From positions 23,021 to 87,020 of the forward strand of contig JAZLBB010000091.1 in NCBI GenBank assembly GCA_045613465.1: a stretch of DNA of 64,000 bases, given 5' to 3'. Made by a program: the position numbers and the translations under genes. The DNA is from Candidatus Egerieisoma sp. (lineage in GTDB: Bacteria; Bacteroidota; Bacteroidia; Bacteroidales; UBA932). The notes beneath the pieces were generated by a model. That model was given only the letters and a program-made list of their open reading frames with translations. It searched no databases and was not told the origin of the DNA. Below, one piece after another: positions 38,287 through 47,079 of the stretch (the first letter of the stretch is position 1; each line of letters opens with the position of its first letter).

Positions 38287-38864
38287 TTCTCTGACTCGGT
38301 AATTACCATATCCAGAGGAACATCATATTTGTCTGTAGGTATAGAAGGGACCATTTGAAAGTCATAACCCAAACCTATTGTGGGACATTGAATATTTGGT
38401 AACAGTCTGTCATAAAATCCCTTTCCCCTACCCATTCTATTGCAGCAACTGTCAAATGCAACTCCTGGAATAATTGCAAGTTCTATCTCTGCTGGATCAA
38501 TTGTTTCTCCTGTATTTGGCTCTAAAATATCTCTATATCCCGATGATACCTTACCCGGTATAAATTCTTTCAGGATAAGGAACTCTCCCTCTACAACAGG
38601 CAATATTATTCTTTTGGTGCCTATTGCATCATTGTTGATTTCATTAGAAGAAAGTCCCGATAAAAGGTATATGAGTTTTTCTGTCAATACCTCGTCGGGA
38701 AGAGAATAGTATAGAAGAATAGTCTTGGCTGTTTTAATTTGTGGCAATTGGAGAAGTTTTGCAGCTATCTTGTCAGATGCCACCTCTTTTTCCTCTGTAG
38801 TCTGTTGTTTCTTGAGTGCCCTTATCTCAGCCCTTATCTCCTTTTTTTTCTCCTTTATGTCCAT
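38259..38864 (-). CDS. 5-formyltetrahydrofolate cyclo-ligase
   Basis: Start set at MDIKEKKKEIR (ATG at 38864). The track start at 39038 overlaps marC. Motifs ILLYYSLPDEV and GVAFDSCCNRMGRGKGFYDRLL. Confidence 0.85.
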   Translation of the reverse strand: MDIKEKKKEIRAEIRALKKQQTTEEKEVASDKIAAKLLQLPQIKTAKTILLYYSLPDEVLTEKLIYLLSGLSSNEINNDAIGTKRIILPVVEGEFLILKEFIPGKVSSGYRDILEPNTGETIDPAEIELAIIPGVAFDSCCNRMGRGKGFYDRLLPNIQCPTIGLGYDFQMVPSIPTDKYDVPLDMVITESENYFNGFRLR

Positions 38865-38878
38865 TAGAGGTATATTAT

Positions 38879-39517
38879 CTATCCTATGAATGAATTGATG
38901 AATGGTCTGATTCCAGCAAGGAAGAACTCTACAGCAATGACCATAATTATCAGACCCATAATACGTAACATTACATTTATACCAGTTTCTCCAAGATATT
39001 TTACTATTCTTGTAGAGAAAGCAAAAATAATGTAACATAATATTAGTACTACCATCACTGCTGCTACAAATGCTATTTTGTGAGGTATTGTAGAGGCATC
39101 TTCCATAAGAACAATTGCATTAGTAATAGCTCCAGGACCGCACAGCATAGGTATTGCCAATGGGGTTATTGCTATATCTTTTGCTGCTTTATTTATCTCA
39201 TCTTTACCACCCTTGATTGGTGAAAGTCTTGCATTAAGCATGTCAAAACCTACAACAAAGAAAATAGCACCTCCCACTATTCTAAAACTGTCTACAGATA
39301 TTCCAAAGAATTTGAACAGGAATTGTCCCGAAAATGCAAAGCCAAGGATAATCAGTAATGCTGCAAATACAGCACGGCTCGCAATCAGCAATTTTTCTTT
39401 TCTTCCAATTTCTGATGTAAGGCCCAAATATACAGGCAATATACTAATTGGATTTACAAGTGTGAAAAATGAAGTAAATACTAATAAACCGTAAGATATT
39501 ACTGAATTTTGATCCAT
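38879..39517 (-). CDS. MarC-family (UPF0056) membrane protein
   Basis: About 212 aa. FFTLVNPISILPVYL N-terminal motif and 6 TM helices. Start at 39517 or 39532. Confidence 0.8.
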   Translation of the reverse strand: MDQNSVISYGLLVFTSFFTLVNPISILPVYLGLTSEIGRKEKLLIASRAVFAALLIILGFAFSGQFLFKFFGISVDSFRIVGGAIFFVVGFDMLNARLSPIKGGKDEINKAAKDIAITPLAIPMLCGPGAITNAIVLMEDASTIPHKIAFVAAVMVVLILCYIIFAFSTRIVKYLGETGINVMLRIMGLIIMVIAVEFFLAGIRPFINSFIG

Positions 39518-39593
39518 AATATACGCTATCATTCAATTTGTGAAACAATATGCTTTCAACGCAAAAACTTTGCGCTATAAAGATAGTAATTAT

Positions 39594-39601
39594 TATATTT
39601 G
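39594..39601 (+). promoter_or_regulatory. -7 box TATATTTG
   Basis: 19 nt upstream of the ATG at 39620. The ORF-track TTG start at 39599 lies inside this box. Confidence 0.5.
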
Positions 39602-39619
39602 TATAAGAATTTTTTTATC

Positions 39620-40720
39620 ATGAGTATCCAATCAAATGCACTTCTCAGGCATAAAACAATTGACAGGTGCCTTAGGGATAAAAGCAGGAAATATACCCTT
39701 ATAGATCTTATAAATGCCTGCACAAATGCCATAAAATCTAAGTATGGCAAAAAAATAGCAGAAAAGTATAAAGTTTCTGTTAGGTCTCTCCAATTGGATC
39801 TTCAGATAATGAGAGACAAACAAAAAGGGTATGGAGCCCCTATTGTTGTATATCAGCAAAAATACTACAAGTATGATGATCCTGATTATACAATTGATAA
39901 TGCACACCTGGGAAAAGGTACTCTTGCTGAAATTGCCGAACTTGCTTCAGATTTAAAAGATTATTCTACATTCAAGGAGCTTGGATCTATAAGAAATCTT
40001 ACAGATCTTCTTTCCGATGGAATTGATGCTATAATTAACAGACAGAGCAACATTGTAGAAAATGAACCACGTAAAAATCCTTTGGGATTGGAGTATTTCA
40101 ATACAATCTATGATGCAATTGAAAACAGGAAAGCTCTTTGCATAGGGTATTGGTCTTCAAGATCAAACAATATTATGAGCATTATTTTTTACCCTTTCTA
40201 TTTAAAGGAGTATAAAGGGAGATGGTATGCTATGGGTTATAAAGATGGCCTTGCAGGGGTATATAAACTTCCATTGGATAGAATTAGAGACTATTCATAT
40301 TCTATACTTCCTTTTCCCGACGATTATTCTTTCAACCCAAAAGAATATTTCAACGATATTATTGGAGTAACCAAACTGAGTGGAGAGGTTAAAGAGATTA
40401 AATTTCTGGTACAGAACCGTCTGGCACCTTTTATAAAACTTAATCCTCTGCATCACTCACAAAAATTGGTATATCTTCATGAAAACGGAGATATGGAGTT
40501 TACCATAAACATTATACCTAATCGTGAATTCTATAATGTTATATTTGAATATCAGCCATATATAAGGATTATTTCACCACGTGAGATTGGTTTGCAGGCA
40601 AATGGTCGTGTAGAGGAGATATCTCAGATGTTACCTGATTATACCCTCTTAAAACAAAAGGATTCTGATATTGACAAAGGGATATTGGATGATGGAATGA
40701 ATTTGTTTTCTGAACTTTAA
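39620..40720 (+). CDS. WYL-domain transcriptional regulator (HTH-WYL-WCX architecture), first of a tandem pair
   Basis: 366 aa. N-terminal winged-helix-like region (LLRHKTIDRCLRD...YTLIDLI...VSVRSLQLDLQIM). WYL domain ALCIGYWSSRSNNIMSIIFYPFYLKEYKGRWYAMGY...YKLPLDRI. Confidence 0.75.
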   Translation: MSIQSNALLRHKTIDRCLRDKSRKYTLIDLINACTNAIKSKYGKKIAEKYKVSVRSLQLDLQIMRDKQKGYGAPIVVYQQKYYKYDDPDYTIDNAHLGKGTLAEIAELASDLKDYSTFKELGSIRNLTDLLSDGIDAIINRQSNIVENEPRKNPLGLEYFNTIYDAIENRKALCIGYWSSRSNNIMSIIFYPFYLKEYKGRWYAMGYKDGLAGVYKLPLDRIRDYSYSILPFPDDYSFNPKEYFNDIIGVTKLSGEVKEIKFLVQNRLAPFIKLNPLHHSQKLVYLHENGDMEFTINIIPNREFYNVIFEYQPYIRIISPREIGLQANGRVEEISQMLPDYTLLKQKDSDIDKGILDDGMNLFSEL

Positions 40721-40723
40721 ATT

Positions 40724-41626
40724 ATGGATCAGCCAAAGATAGAGCGGTTATTGCGTCTTATGATGATGCTTACTGCAAACAACAGATATTCGGTTGATGA
40801 ATTGGCCGACAGACTAGAAACTTCACCAAGGACAATTTATCGCTATATTGATACATTTAAAGAGGCTGGATTTTTAATTTCTAAAAAAGGTGACTGTTTT
40901 AGAATTGACAAGAAATCCAAATACTTTAAAGATATTTCACAATTGGTCCATTTTACTGAAGAGGAAGCATATATTCTCAATTCAGCAATAGAGAGTATTG
41001 ACCCTACCAATGCAATCAAACAGAATCTGAAAGCCAAACTGTGTAGTGTATACGATTTTAAAATGTTGGCTGAATGTGTAGTCAAAGGAGATAATGCACG
41101 CAATGTAAATTCAATTATTGAGGCAATTGAGAATAAAAAACAGATAATTCTTAAAGATTACACCTCTGCCCACAGTAAAAATGTTTCTGACCGTCTGGTA
41201 GAACCTCTAGCTTTTACAACCAATTATATCCAGGTGTGGGCTTATGAAATTTCGTCGGGAAAAAACAAATTGTTCAAATTATCCAGGATTGGTTCTGTTG
41301 ATGTTCTTGAAGATGATTGGAAGTATGAAAGTGAGCATTGTGTAGGTATGATGGATATTTTCAGGATTACCAGTTTTGAACAGATTCCTATTAAGTTGAA
41401 GTTGGGCATTAGAGCAGCTTCTCTTTTAATGGAGGAGTATCCCCTATCTCAAAAATATCTTATATCTGATGACAAAGATTCAAACTCGTATATCCTGAAT
41501 GTAAATGTATGTGGTTATGAAGGTGTTGGCAGGTTTGTTCTAGGATTGTTGGATGATATAGAAATTTTGGAGGGTGATGGATTGAAGGATTTCCTTAGAG
41601 AAAGAATGAAAATGGCAAGGTTTTAA
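40724..41626 (+). CDS. WYL-domain transcriptional regulator (HTH-WYL-WCX), second of the tandem pair
   Basis: 300 aa. HTH_11-like ERLLRLMMMLTANNRYSVDELADRLETSPRTIYRYIDTFKEAGF. WYL domain IILKDYTSAHSKNVSDRLVEPLAFTTNYIQVWAYE...FKLSRI. Starts 3 nt after the upstream stop. Confidence 0.8.
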   Translation: MDQPKIERLLRLMMMLTANNRYSVDELADRLETSPRTIYRYIDTFKEAGFLISKKGDCFRIDKKSKYFKDISQLVHFTEEEAYILNSAIESIDPTNAIKQNLKAKLCSVYDFKMLAECVVKGDNARNVNSIIEAIENKKQIILKDYTSAHSKNVSDRLVEPLAFTTNYIQVWAYEISSGKNKLFKLSRIGSVDVLEDDWKYESEHCVGMMDIFRITSFEQIPIKLKLGIRAASLLMEEYPLSQKYLISDDKDSNSYILNVNVCGYEGVGRFVLGLLDDIEILEGDGLKDFLRERMKMARF

Positions 41627-41637
41627 TCCTTGCCATT
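41611..41637. terminator. Bidirectional hairpin between the WYL pair and the convergent DMT transporter
   Basis: Perfect 10-bp stem aatggcaagg/ccttgccatt with a 7-nt loop. It contains the WYL gene stop codon. Confidence 0.65.
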
Positions 41638-41639
41638 CT

Positions 41640-42566
41640 TTATTTGATTATACTTCCCCAGCATAATAGTGCCAGTCCAATCAGTATCAGTATCAGATCA
41701 AATCCTTTTGCTTTAAGGTTTTTCTCTTTGAATAACAGTGCACCTCCTGTAAATGATACTATAACACTACCTCTTCTTATCATTGAGATTACTGCTATCA
41801 GGGCATCATCATATGATAGAGCATAGAAATATGCAAAATCGGCAATTGATACAAATACTGAAATTAGAGGTATCCACCATCTCCATTGTAGTTTGGCTGT
41901 TGTATATCTGTTCATTACAAGTAAAACAGTTCCCATTATCACTACTTGATAAATGTTAAACCAACTCTGTACAAATAGAGGTGGTAACTGTTTCATTATA
42001 AATTTGTCATATAATCCGCTTATAGCTCCTGTAATTACCGCACCAAATAGAATATATACCCACTTGTTGCTTTTAAAGTTAATTCCTTCTTTTCTTCCCG
42101 ACAGACTTAATAGAAAGAGAGAAAATAATGATATGATCACACCGCCCCATTGCAACAGGTTGAGTCTTTCTCCAAAAAGTATTACAGCACCTAGCAATAC
42201 CAGTACCGGTCTTGTGGCATTAACCGGACCTGCTATTGTAATAGGAAGATGTTTAAGGGCATAATATCCCATAATCCATGAACTAAGCACTATAAATGCT
42301 TTTAATACTACCAGCAAATGAGCCTTTAATGGTAATATTTGGGGACAATCTGAGTATATTGAGTTGATGGATGCGTTGAAGATACTCCCTCCTACCAAAT
42401 CCGGTGCAGTTGCAGATATTATAATGAATGGAAGGAATATCAGTGCACAGAATATAGTGTTGCAGAACAGTACTCCAAGGACAGCATTCCCGGTTAACGA
42501 TTTCTTTTTGGATATATCATAAAATCCAAGGAAGAATGCCGATACAAAAGCTAATAATACCCACAT
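41640..42566 (-). CDS. EamA/DMT-family transporter
   Basis: About 10 TM helices in two EamA-like halves. Start set to MWVLLAF (42566) because the upstream ATG at 42590 falls inside a -7 box. Confidence 0.65.
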   Translation of the reverse strand: MWVLLAFVSAFFLGFYDISKKKSLTGNAVLGVLFCNTIFCALIFLPFIIISATAPDLVGGSIFNASINSIYSDCPQILPLKAHLLVVLKAFIVLSSWIMGYYALKHLPITIAGPVNATRPVLVLLGAVILFGERLNLLQWGGVIISLFSLFLLSLSGRKEGINFKSNKWVYILFGAVITGAISGLYDKFIMKQLPPLFVQSWFNIYQVVIMGTVLLVMNRYTTAKLQWRWWIPLISVFVSIADFAYFYALSYDDALIAVISMIRRGSVIVSFTGGALLFKEKNLKAKGFDLILILIGLALLCWGSIIK

Positions 42567-42587
42567 TTTGTTTTGATTTAATTTGTG

Positions 42588-42595
42588 CAAAAATA
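42588..42595 (-). promoter_or_regulatory. -7 box (TATTTTTG on the minus strand)
   Basis: CAAAAATA on the + strand, 22 nt upstream of the ATG at 42566. Confidence 0.45.
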
Positions 42596-42607
42596 CAATT
42601 CATTTAT

Positions 42608-42615
42608 TAAATTTG
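42608..42615 (+). promoter_or_regulatory. -7 box TAAATTTG
   Basis: 27 nt upstream of the ATG at 42642. Confidence 0.45.
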
Positions 42616-42641
42616 TAAATGCATAATGTTAAGGAAACGAA

Positions 42642-43508
42642 ATGAGAAGCAGATCGAAATTGCCTATAGTGGCTCTAATTTATGATTTTGATGGTACACT
42701 TGCAGCTGGAAATATGCAAGAGTATTCTTTTATAGAGAGTGTGGGTGAGAAAAAAGAGGACTTTTGGGGACAGACAGCTGTTATGGCCCAAAATCAGGAT
42801 TCTGACAATGTATTGGTTTATATGCTACTTATGCTTGAGAAAGCTAAAGAGAGAGGTATTCCAATCAAGAGAGAGAGCCTTAAAAAATATGGTGAAGATG
42901 TAAAATTGTTCAACGGTGTTAAGGAGTGGTTCCGCAGAATCAGTGATTTTGGTATGGATCATGGCGTGATTGTGGAGCATTATATAAATTCATCGGGAAT
43001 GAAAGAGATGATTGAGGGGACCCCTATTGCCGATGAATTCAAGACAATTTTTGCAAGTTCGTATTACTATGATGAGAATGGTGATGCCCAGTGGCCTGCT
43101 GCTGCGGTAAATTATACCAATAAGACCCAGTTCCTGTATAAGATTAATAAAGGAATTTTTACAATCAGGGACTCAGTAAAAATAAACGAGTCAATGCCGG
43201 ATTCCAAAAAAAGGGTACCTTTTACAAATATGGTTTATTTTGGTGATGGAGAAACAGATGTTCCATGTATGAAGCTTATCAAACAGATGGGTGGAAATAC
43301 AATTGCTGTATATGAGCCTAAAAACGAGCGCAAACGAGATGTTGCCAAAAAGATTTTGAATCAGGACCGTTGTGATTATGTTTGTCCGGCTGACTATACA
43401 CCTGGCAAGGGACTTGATACTTTGGTAAAAGGTATAATATGTAAGATTAAAGCAGATGATGATCTGCAGAAACTTAAGAAAGAATTTAAGAGAAGGGGTT
43501 ACAGGTAA
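42642..43508 (+). CDS. HAD-superfamily hydrolase-like protein
   Basis: 288 aa. Motif I IYDFDGTLA and motif IV YFGDGETDVPCM. Specificity unknown. Confidence 0.6.
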   Translation: MRSRSKLPIVALIYDFDGTLAAGNMQEYSFIESVGEKKEDFWGQTAVMAQNQDSDNVLVYMLLMLEKAKERGIPIKRESLKKYGEDVKLFNGVKEWFRRISDFGMDHGVIVEHYINSSGMKEMIEGTPIADEFKTIFASSYYYDENGDAQWPAAAVNYTNKTQFLYKINKGIFTIRDSVKINESMPDSKKRVPFTNMVYFGDGETDVPCMKLIKQMGGNTIAVYEPKNERKRDVAKKILNQDRCDYVCPADYTPGKGLDTLVKGIICKIKADDDLQKLKKEFKRRGYR

Positions 43509-43512
43509 CCCC

Positions 43513-44853
43513 TTACTTTTTGCCTGTAAGTTTCCTTAGGTGATATATCATGATACTTGCAGAAATTACACAAGAGGTTAAATCTGCAAGTGGCATACTT
43601 GCCCAAATTCCGTTCAGATCAAATACTTTTGGAAGTATGAATATGAAAGGTAGCAGAAATATCAGTTGTCGTGTAAGGGAGAGAAATATTGCTGTACCAG
43701 CATATCCTATGCTTCTGAAGAAGTTTGATGTTACCATTTGGAATCCAACTATTGGATAGAACATGAATGATATTCTAAGCCCTTTTATGGCTTGTTCTAT
43801 TAGCTGTTCATCCGAAGTAAACATCATTACCAATGTTCTTGGAAAGAGTTCCGCTACAATGAATCCAGTTGTAGTTATTGCAATGGCGCAGATAGCGGTG
43901 TATTTTACCACTTTTTGCAATCTGCTATAAAGACCTGCTCCAAAATTATAACTTGCAATGGGTTGCATTCCCTGGTTAAGACCCATTACCATCATTATAA
44001 ACAGGAATGTGAGTTTATGAACTATACCGTATGCTGCTATTGCCAGGTCTCCTCCATAGGTTTTTAATCCTTGATTAAAAGCAATTACAATAAGGCAAGC
44101 TGTGGCATTCATAAAAAAAGGAGACATTCCTACAGATAATATTCTCTTTACTATATATCCGCTCAGTTTATATCCCCCCTTCTGAAAATGTACAACATGG
44201 TTTCTGTTGCTAAGAACATATATTATCCAAACTAACGATACACTTTGGGCTATAACTGTAGCTATTGCAGCTCCTTTTATACCCCATAGATAAATGAAAA
44301 TTGGATCTAATGCCGCATTTATCAATACTGTACAGATAGATGCATTCATGGCAGCTTTTGGGAGTCCTGTGGCCCTTAGAACCGCATTAAGTGCAAAATA
44401 TGTATGTGATATGATATTTCCATATAGCAGAACCTGCATGTATTCTCTTGCATAGGCAATTGTGTTTTCACTTGCACCAAAGAAGTATAGTATAGGGTCA
44501 AGAAACATAAGTACCCCAAACATATATAGCAGACCTATGATAAAGTTTAGGGTTACTACATTTCCCAATACTTTCTGGGCATTTGTGTAGTCTTTTTTTC
44601 CAAGGAAAATTCCTATATTGGCTGAGGCACCAACTGCAATCAATGAACTGAATGCAGTTCCAAGATTCATTAGTGGAAATGTGAGTGCTAGTCCTGCTAA
44701 AGCATACCCTCCTGCAAACTGTCCTATAAATATGCTGTCTACCAGATTGTACAATGATGAACAACTCATTGCTACAATTGATGGCACAGCATATTGTTTA
44801 AGCAGCTTGTGGATTTTTTCTGTTTCAAGTTCTATTGGTACGCCGGCTTGCAT
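43513..44853 (-). CDS. MATE-family efflux transporter (paralog 1)
   Basis: 446 aa, 12 TM. LLKQYAVPSIVAMSCSSLYNLVDSIFIG is a typical MATE N-terminus. Confidence 0.85.
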   Translation of the reverse strand: MQAGVPIELETEKIHKLLKQYAVPSIVAMSCSSLYNLVDSIFIGQFAGGYALAGLALTFPLMNLGTAFSSLIAVGASANIGIFLGKKDYTNAQKVLGNVVTLNFIIGLLYMFGVLMFLDPILYFFGASENTIAYAREYMQVLLYGNIISHTYFALNAVLRATGLPKAAMNASICTVLINAALDPIFIYLWGIKGAAIATVIAQSVSLVWIIYVLSNRNHVVHFQKGGYKLSGYIVKRILSVGMSPFFMNATACLIVIAFNQGLKTYGGDLAIAAYGIVHKLTFLFIMMVMGLNQGMQPIASYNFGAGLYSRLQKVVKYTAICAIAITTTGFIVAELFPRTLVMMFTSDEQLIEQAIKGLRISFMFYPIVGFQMVTSNFFRSIGYAGTAIFLSLTRQLIFLLPFIFILPKVFDLNGIWASMPLADLTSCVISASIMIYHLRKLTGKK

Positions 44854-44856
44854 CTT

Positions 44857-45513
44857 TTATTTGCTCCAACCTTTACTTCTGATTATATCTGATATAACTT
44901 TAACGCAACCTTCTATTCCCAAGAGTGATGAATTAAGGCAAACATCATATGATGCAGCAGCTCCCCATTGTTTGTATGTGAAGTAATTATAGTAGTTCTC
45001 CCTTTTTGAATCGCTCTTTTCAAGGAGTTCCTGCATCTGATCTTTTGAGTATTTTTCTGCGTTCTTAATCTTGTTATGCTCTAACAATCTTTCTATTCTG
45101 TCTTGTGCAGATGCTGTGATGAATACATTGAGACAGTTGCTTCTCTCCCTTAAAATATAATCAGCACAACGCCCCACAAATATTGCAGATCCTTCATTTG
45201 CAATTTTTATTATGCATTCACTTTGAATTCTGAACAACTCTTCTCTATTTATTCCCGATGTTGTTCCATACTCACTGTACAGTGATCCCATTACACCGCT
45301 AAAGAATCCTGAGATGAATTTTGAGCCTCTCTTTTCATCTATATTGGCAAACAGTTCCTTACAGAGTCCGCTCTCTTTTGCAGCTTCATCTATAAGTTGT
45401 TTGTCATATTGCGGAATACCAAACTCTTCTGCAAGTTTCTGTGCAATTTCCAATCCGCCAGAACCTTTCTCGCGGCCAATGGTAATGTAGAATTTAGTTT
45501 CCATAGTGTTCAT
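44857..45513 (-). CDS. Cytidylate kinase-like family protein (P-loop NTPase)
   Basis: 218 aa. ITIGREKGSGGLEIAQKLAEEFGIPQYD pattern. Lies between two MATE paralogs. Confidence 0.65.
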   Translation of the reverse strand: MNTMETKFYITIGREKGSGGLEIAQKLAEEFGIPQYDKQLIDEAAKESGLCKELFANIDEKRGSKFISGFFSGVMGSLYSEYGTTSGINREELFRIQSECIIKIANEGSAIFVGRCADYILRERSNCLNVFITASAQDRIERLLEHNKIKNAEKYSKDQMQELLEKSDSKRENYYNYFTYKQWGAAASYDVCLNSSLLGIEGCVKVISDIIRSKGWSK

Positions 45514-46864
45514 TGTTTTTAAAATTCTTTATTTGCTTGTATAGAAGAACAAATGCAATCAAACTTGAAAGTCCGTCTGCAACAGGCATACTTAGCCAGA
45601 TTCCATTTGTTCCCATTAGAGGAGGTAATATCAGCAGTCCTGGAAGAAGGAAGATGAGCTGTCTTGTCAATGACATGAATACAGATTTTCCAGCCATTCC
45701 TACGCTTTGGAAGAAGTTTCCAGCTACAATTTGAAAACCAATTATCGGGAAGCAGGCAAATACAATTCTCATTCCTATAATAGAATGCTGGATAAGTTCC
45801 TCATCTGTTGTAAATACCATAGAAATTGCCCTTGGGAATAGCTCAGCCATAAGGAATCCTGTTGTTGTAACGGCTGTTGCACAAATTATTGTAAGTTTAA
45901 GGGCTTCCAATGTCCTTTTGAACTGTTTTGCACCATAGTTAAATCCAACAATCGGCTGCATTCCCTGGTTGATTCCAAGTACTATCATTACAAATACAAA
46001 TGATACTCTATTTACTATTCCGTATGCTCCAATTGCAAGATCTCCACCGTGCTCTTGTAGACCCTGGTTGATTAAAATAACAATAAGGCAGGCTGCTGAA
46101 TTCATGAAAAATGGAGCCATACCAATTGAAATGACATCCTTTACAATTCGTGCTTTAAGTTTATAGATTCCTCTTCTGAAATGAATTACAAGATTCTTGT
46201 CTGAAAATACTTTAACTGTCCATCCCAGTGCCAATGTCTGAGATATAACTGTAGCTATTGCAGCACCTTTTATGCCCCATTCAAATACATATATGAATAG
46301 AGGATCCAGAATTGCATTTATAATAACTGTAAATATTGTCAGATACATAGCCTTTTTGGGAAGACCAGCAGATCGCATAACTGCATTTAGTCCCAAGTAC
46401 ATATGTGTAACAATATTTCCAAGCAGAATTATTGTCATATAATCTCTAGCATAGCCTATGGTATTTTCACTGGCTCCAAAGAAGTATAGTATAGGATCCA
46501 GGAACACTAGAAATACAATGCTGTATAATACTCCAATGATGGTATTAAGAGTGATTACGTTACCCAATACCTTTTGTGCCATCTCATAGTTCTTCTGCCC
46601 AAGAAGCATTGATATAGTTGCCGATGCTCCAACTCCTACGAGGGCTCCAAAAGCTGCACCGAGGTTCATCAATGGAAAAGTAAGGGCAAGACCTGCAATT
46701 GCAAATTTTCCAACACCATGCCCAATAAAAATACTGTCAACCATATTGTACAATGACGAAGCTGTCATTGCAATGATTGCCGGAACTGCGTATTGCCTCA
46801 GCAATTTAGAAATTTTTTCAGTTCCCAACTCTGTAGGAACACCTGCTACTGCCATAAATTTCAA
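45494..46864 (-). CDS. MATE-family efflux transporter (paralog 2)
   Basis: 456 aa, colinear with paralog 1 (LLRQYAVPAIIAMTASSLYNMVDSIFIG ... LDPILYFFGASENTIGYARDYM). Confidence 0.85.
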   Translation of the reverse strand: MKFMAVAGVPTELGTEKISKLLRQYAVPAIIAMTASSLYNMVDSIFIGHGVGKFAIAGLALTFPLMNLGAAFGALVGVGASATISMLLGQKNYEMAQKVLGNVITLNTIIGVLYSIVFLVFLDPILYFFGASENTIGYARDYMTIILLGNIVTHMYLGLNAVMRSAGLPKKAMYLTIFTVIINAILDPLFIYVFEWGIKGAAIATVISQTLALGWTVKVFSDKNLVIHFRRGIYKLKARIVKDVISIGMAPFFMNSAACLIVILINQGLQEHGGDLAIGAYGIVNRVSFVFVMIVLGINQGMQPIVGFNYGAKQFKRTLEALKLTIICATAVTTTGFLMAELFPRAISMVFTTDEELIQHSIIGMRIVFACFPIIGFQIVAGNFFQSVGMAGKSVFMSLTRQLIFLLPGLLILPPLMGTNGIWLSMPVADGLSSLIAFVLLYKQIKNFKNNEHYGN

Positions 46865-46878
46865 ATTTGTTTACCTTA

Positions 46879-46886
46879 CAAATTTA
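46879..46886 (-). promoter_or_regulatory. -7 box (TAAATTTG on the minus strand)
   Basis: CAAATTTA on the + strand, 15 nt upstream of the ATG at 46864. Confidence 0.45.
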
Positions 46887-46904
46887 AATATAATTTTTAA
46901 TATT

Positions 46905-47040
46905 TAGTTTACGTCGTCTTTTTGTACAAAATGCTGATTATCGATATGTTAATAAATTTAAAATACAGTAATTCTAATCTATTCATTTTATAACATGCAG
47001 ATTTACTTTATTTTATACAAAAAGACGACGTAAAAATAAG
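46905..47040. repeat. Palindromic intergenic element, copy 2
   Basis: tttacgtcgtctttttgtaca (46908-46928) pairs with tatacaaaaagacgacgtaaa (47014-47034), 1 mismatch in 21. The arms and the first ~35 internal nt (ctgattatcgata vs cttgattatcaaata) are homologous to copy 1. The ttacg...cgtaa span is 125 bp versus 124 bp in copy 1. Confidence 0.8.
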
Positions 47041-47063
47041 GGTGCTCTTATGGAACACCCTTA
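47031..47063 (-). terminator. Rho-independent terminator of hsp20
   Basis: 8-bp stem taagggtg/cacccтta-equivalent (47037-47044 with 47056-63). On the minus strand it is followed by ttttta, which is shared with the repeat arm. Confidence 0.6.
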
Positions 47064-47079
47064 CCGTTATATATATATA

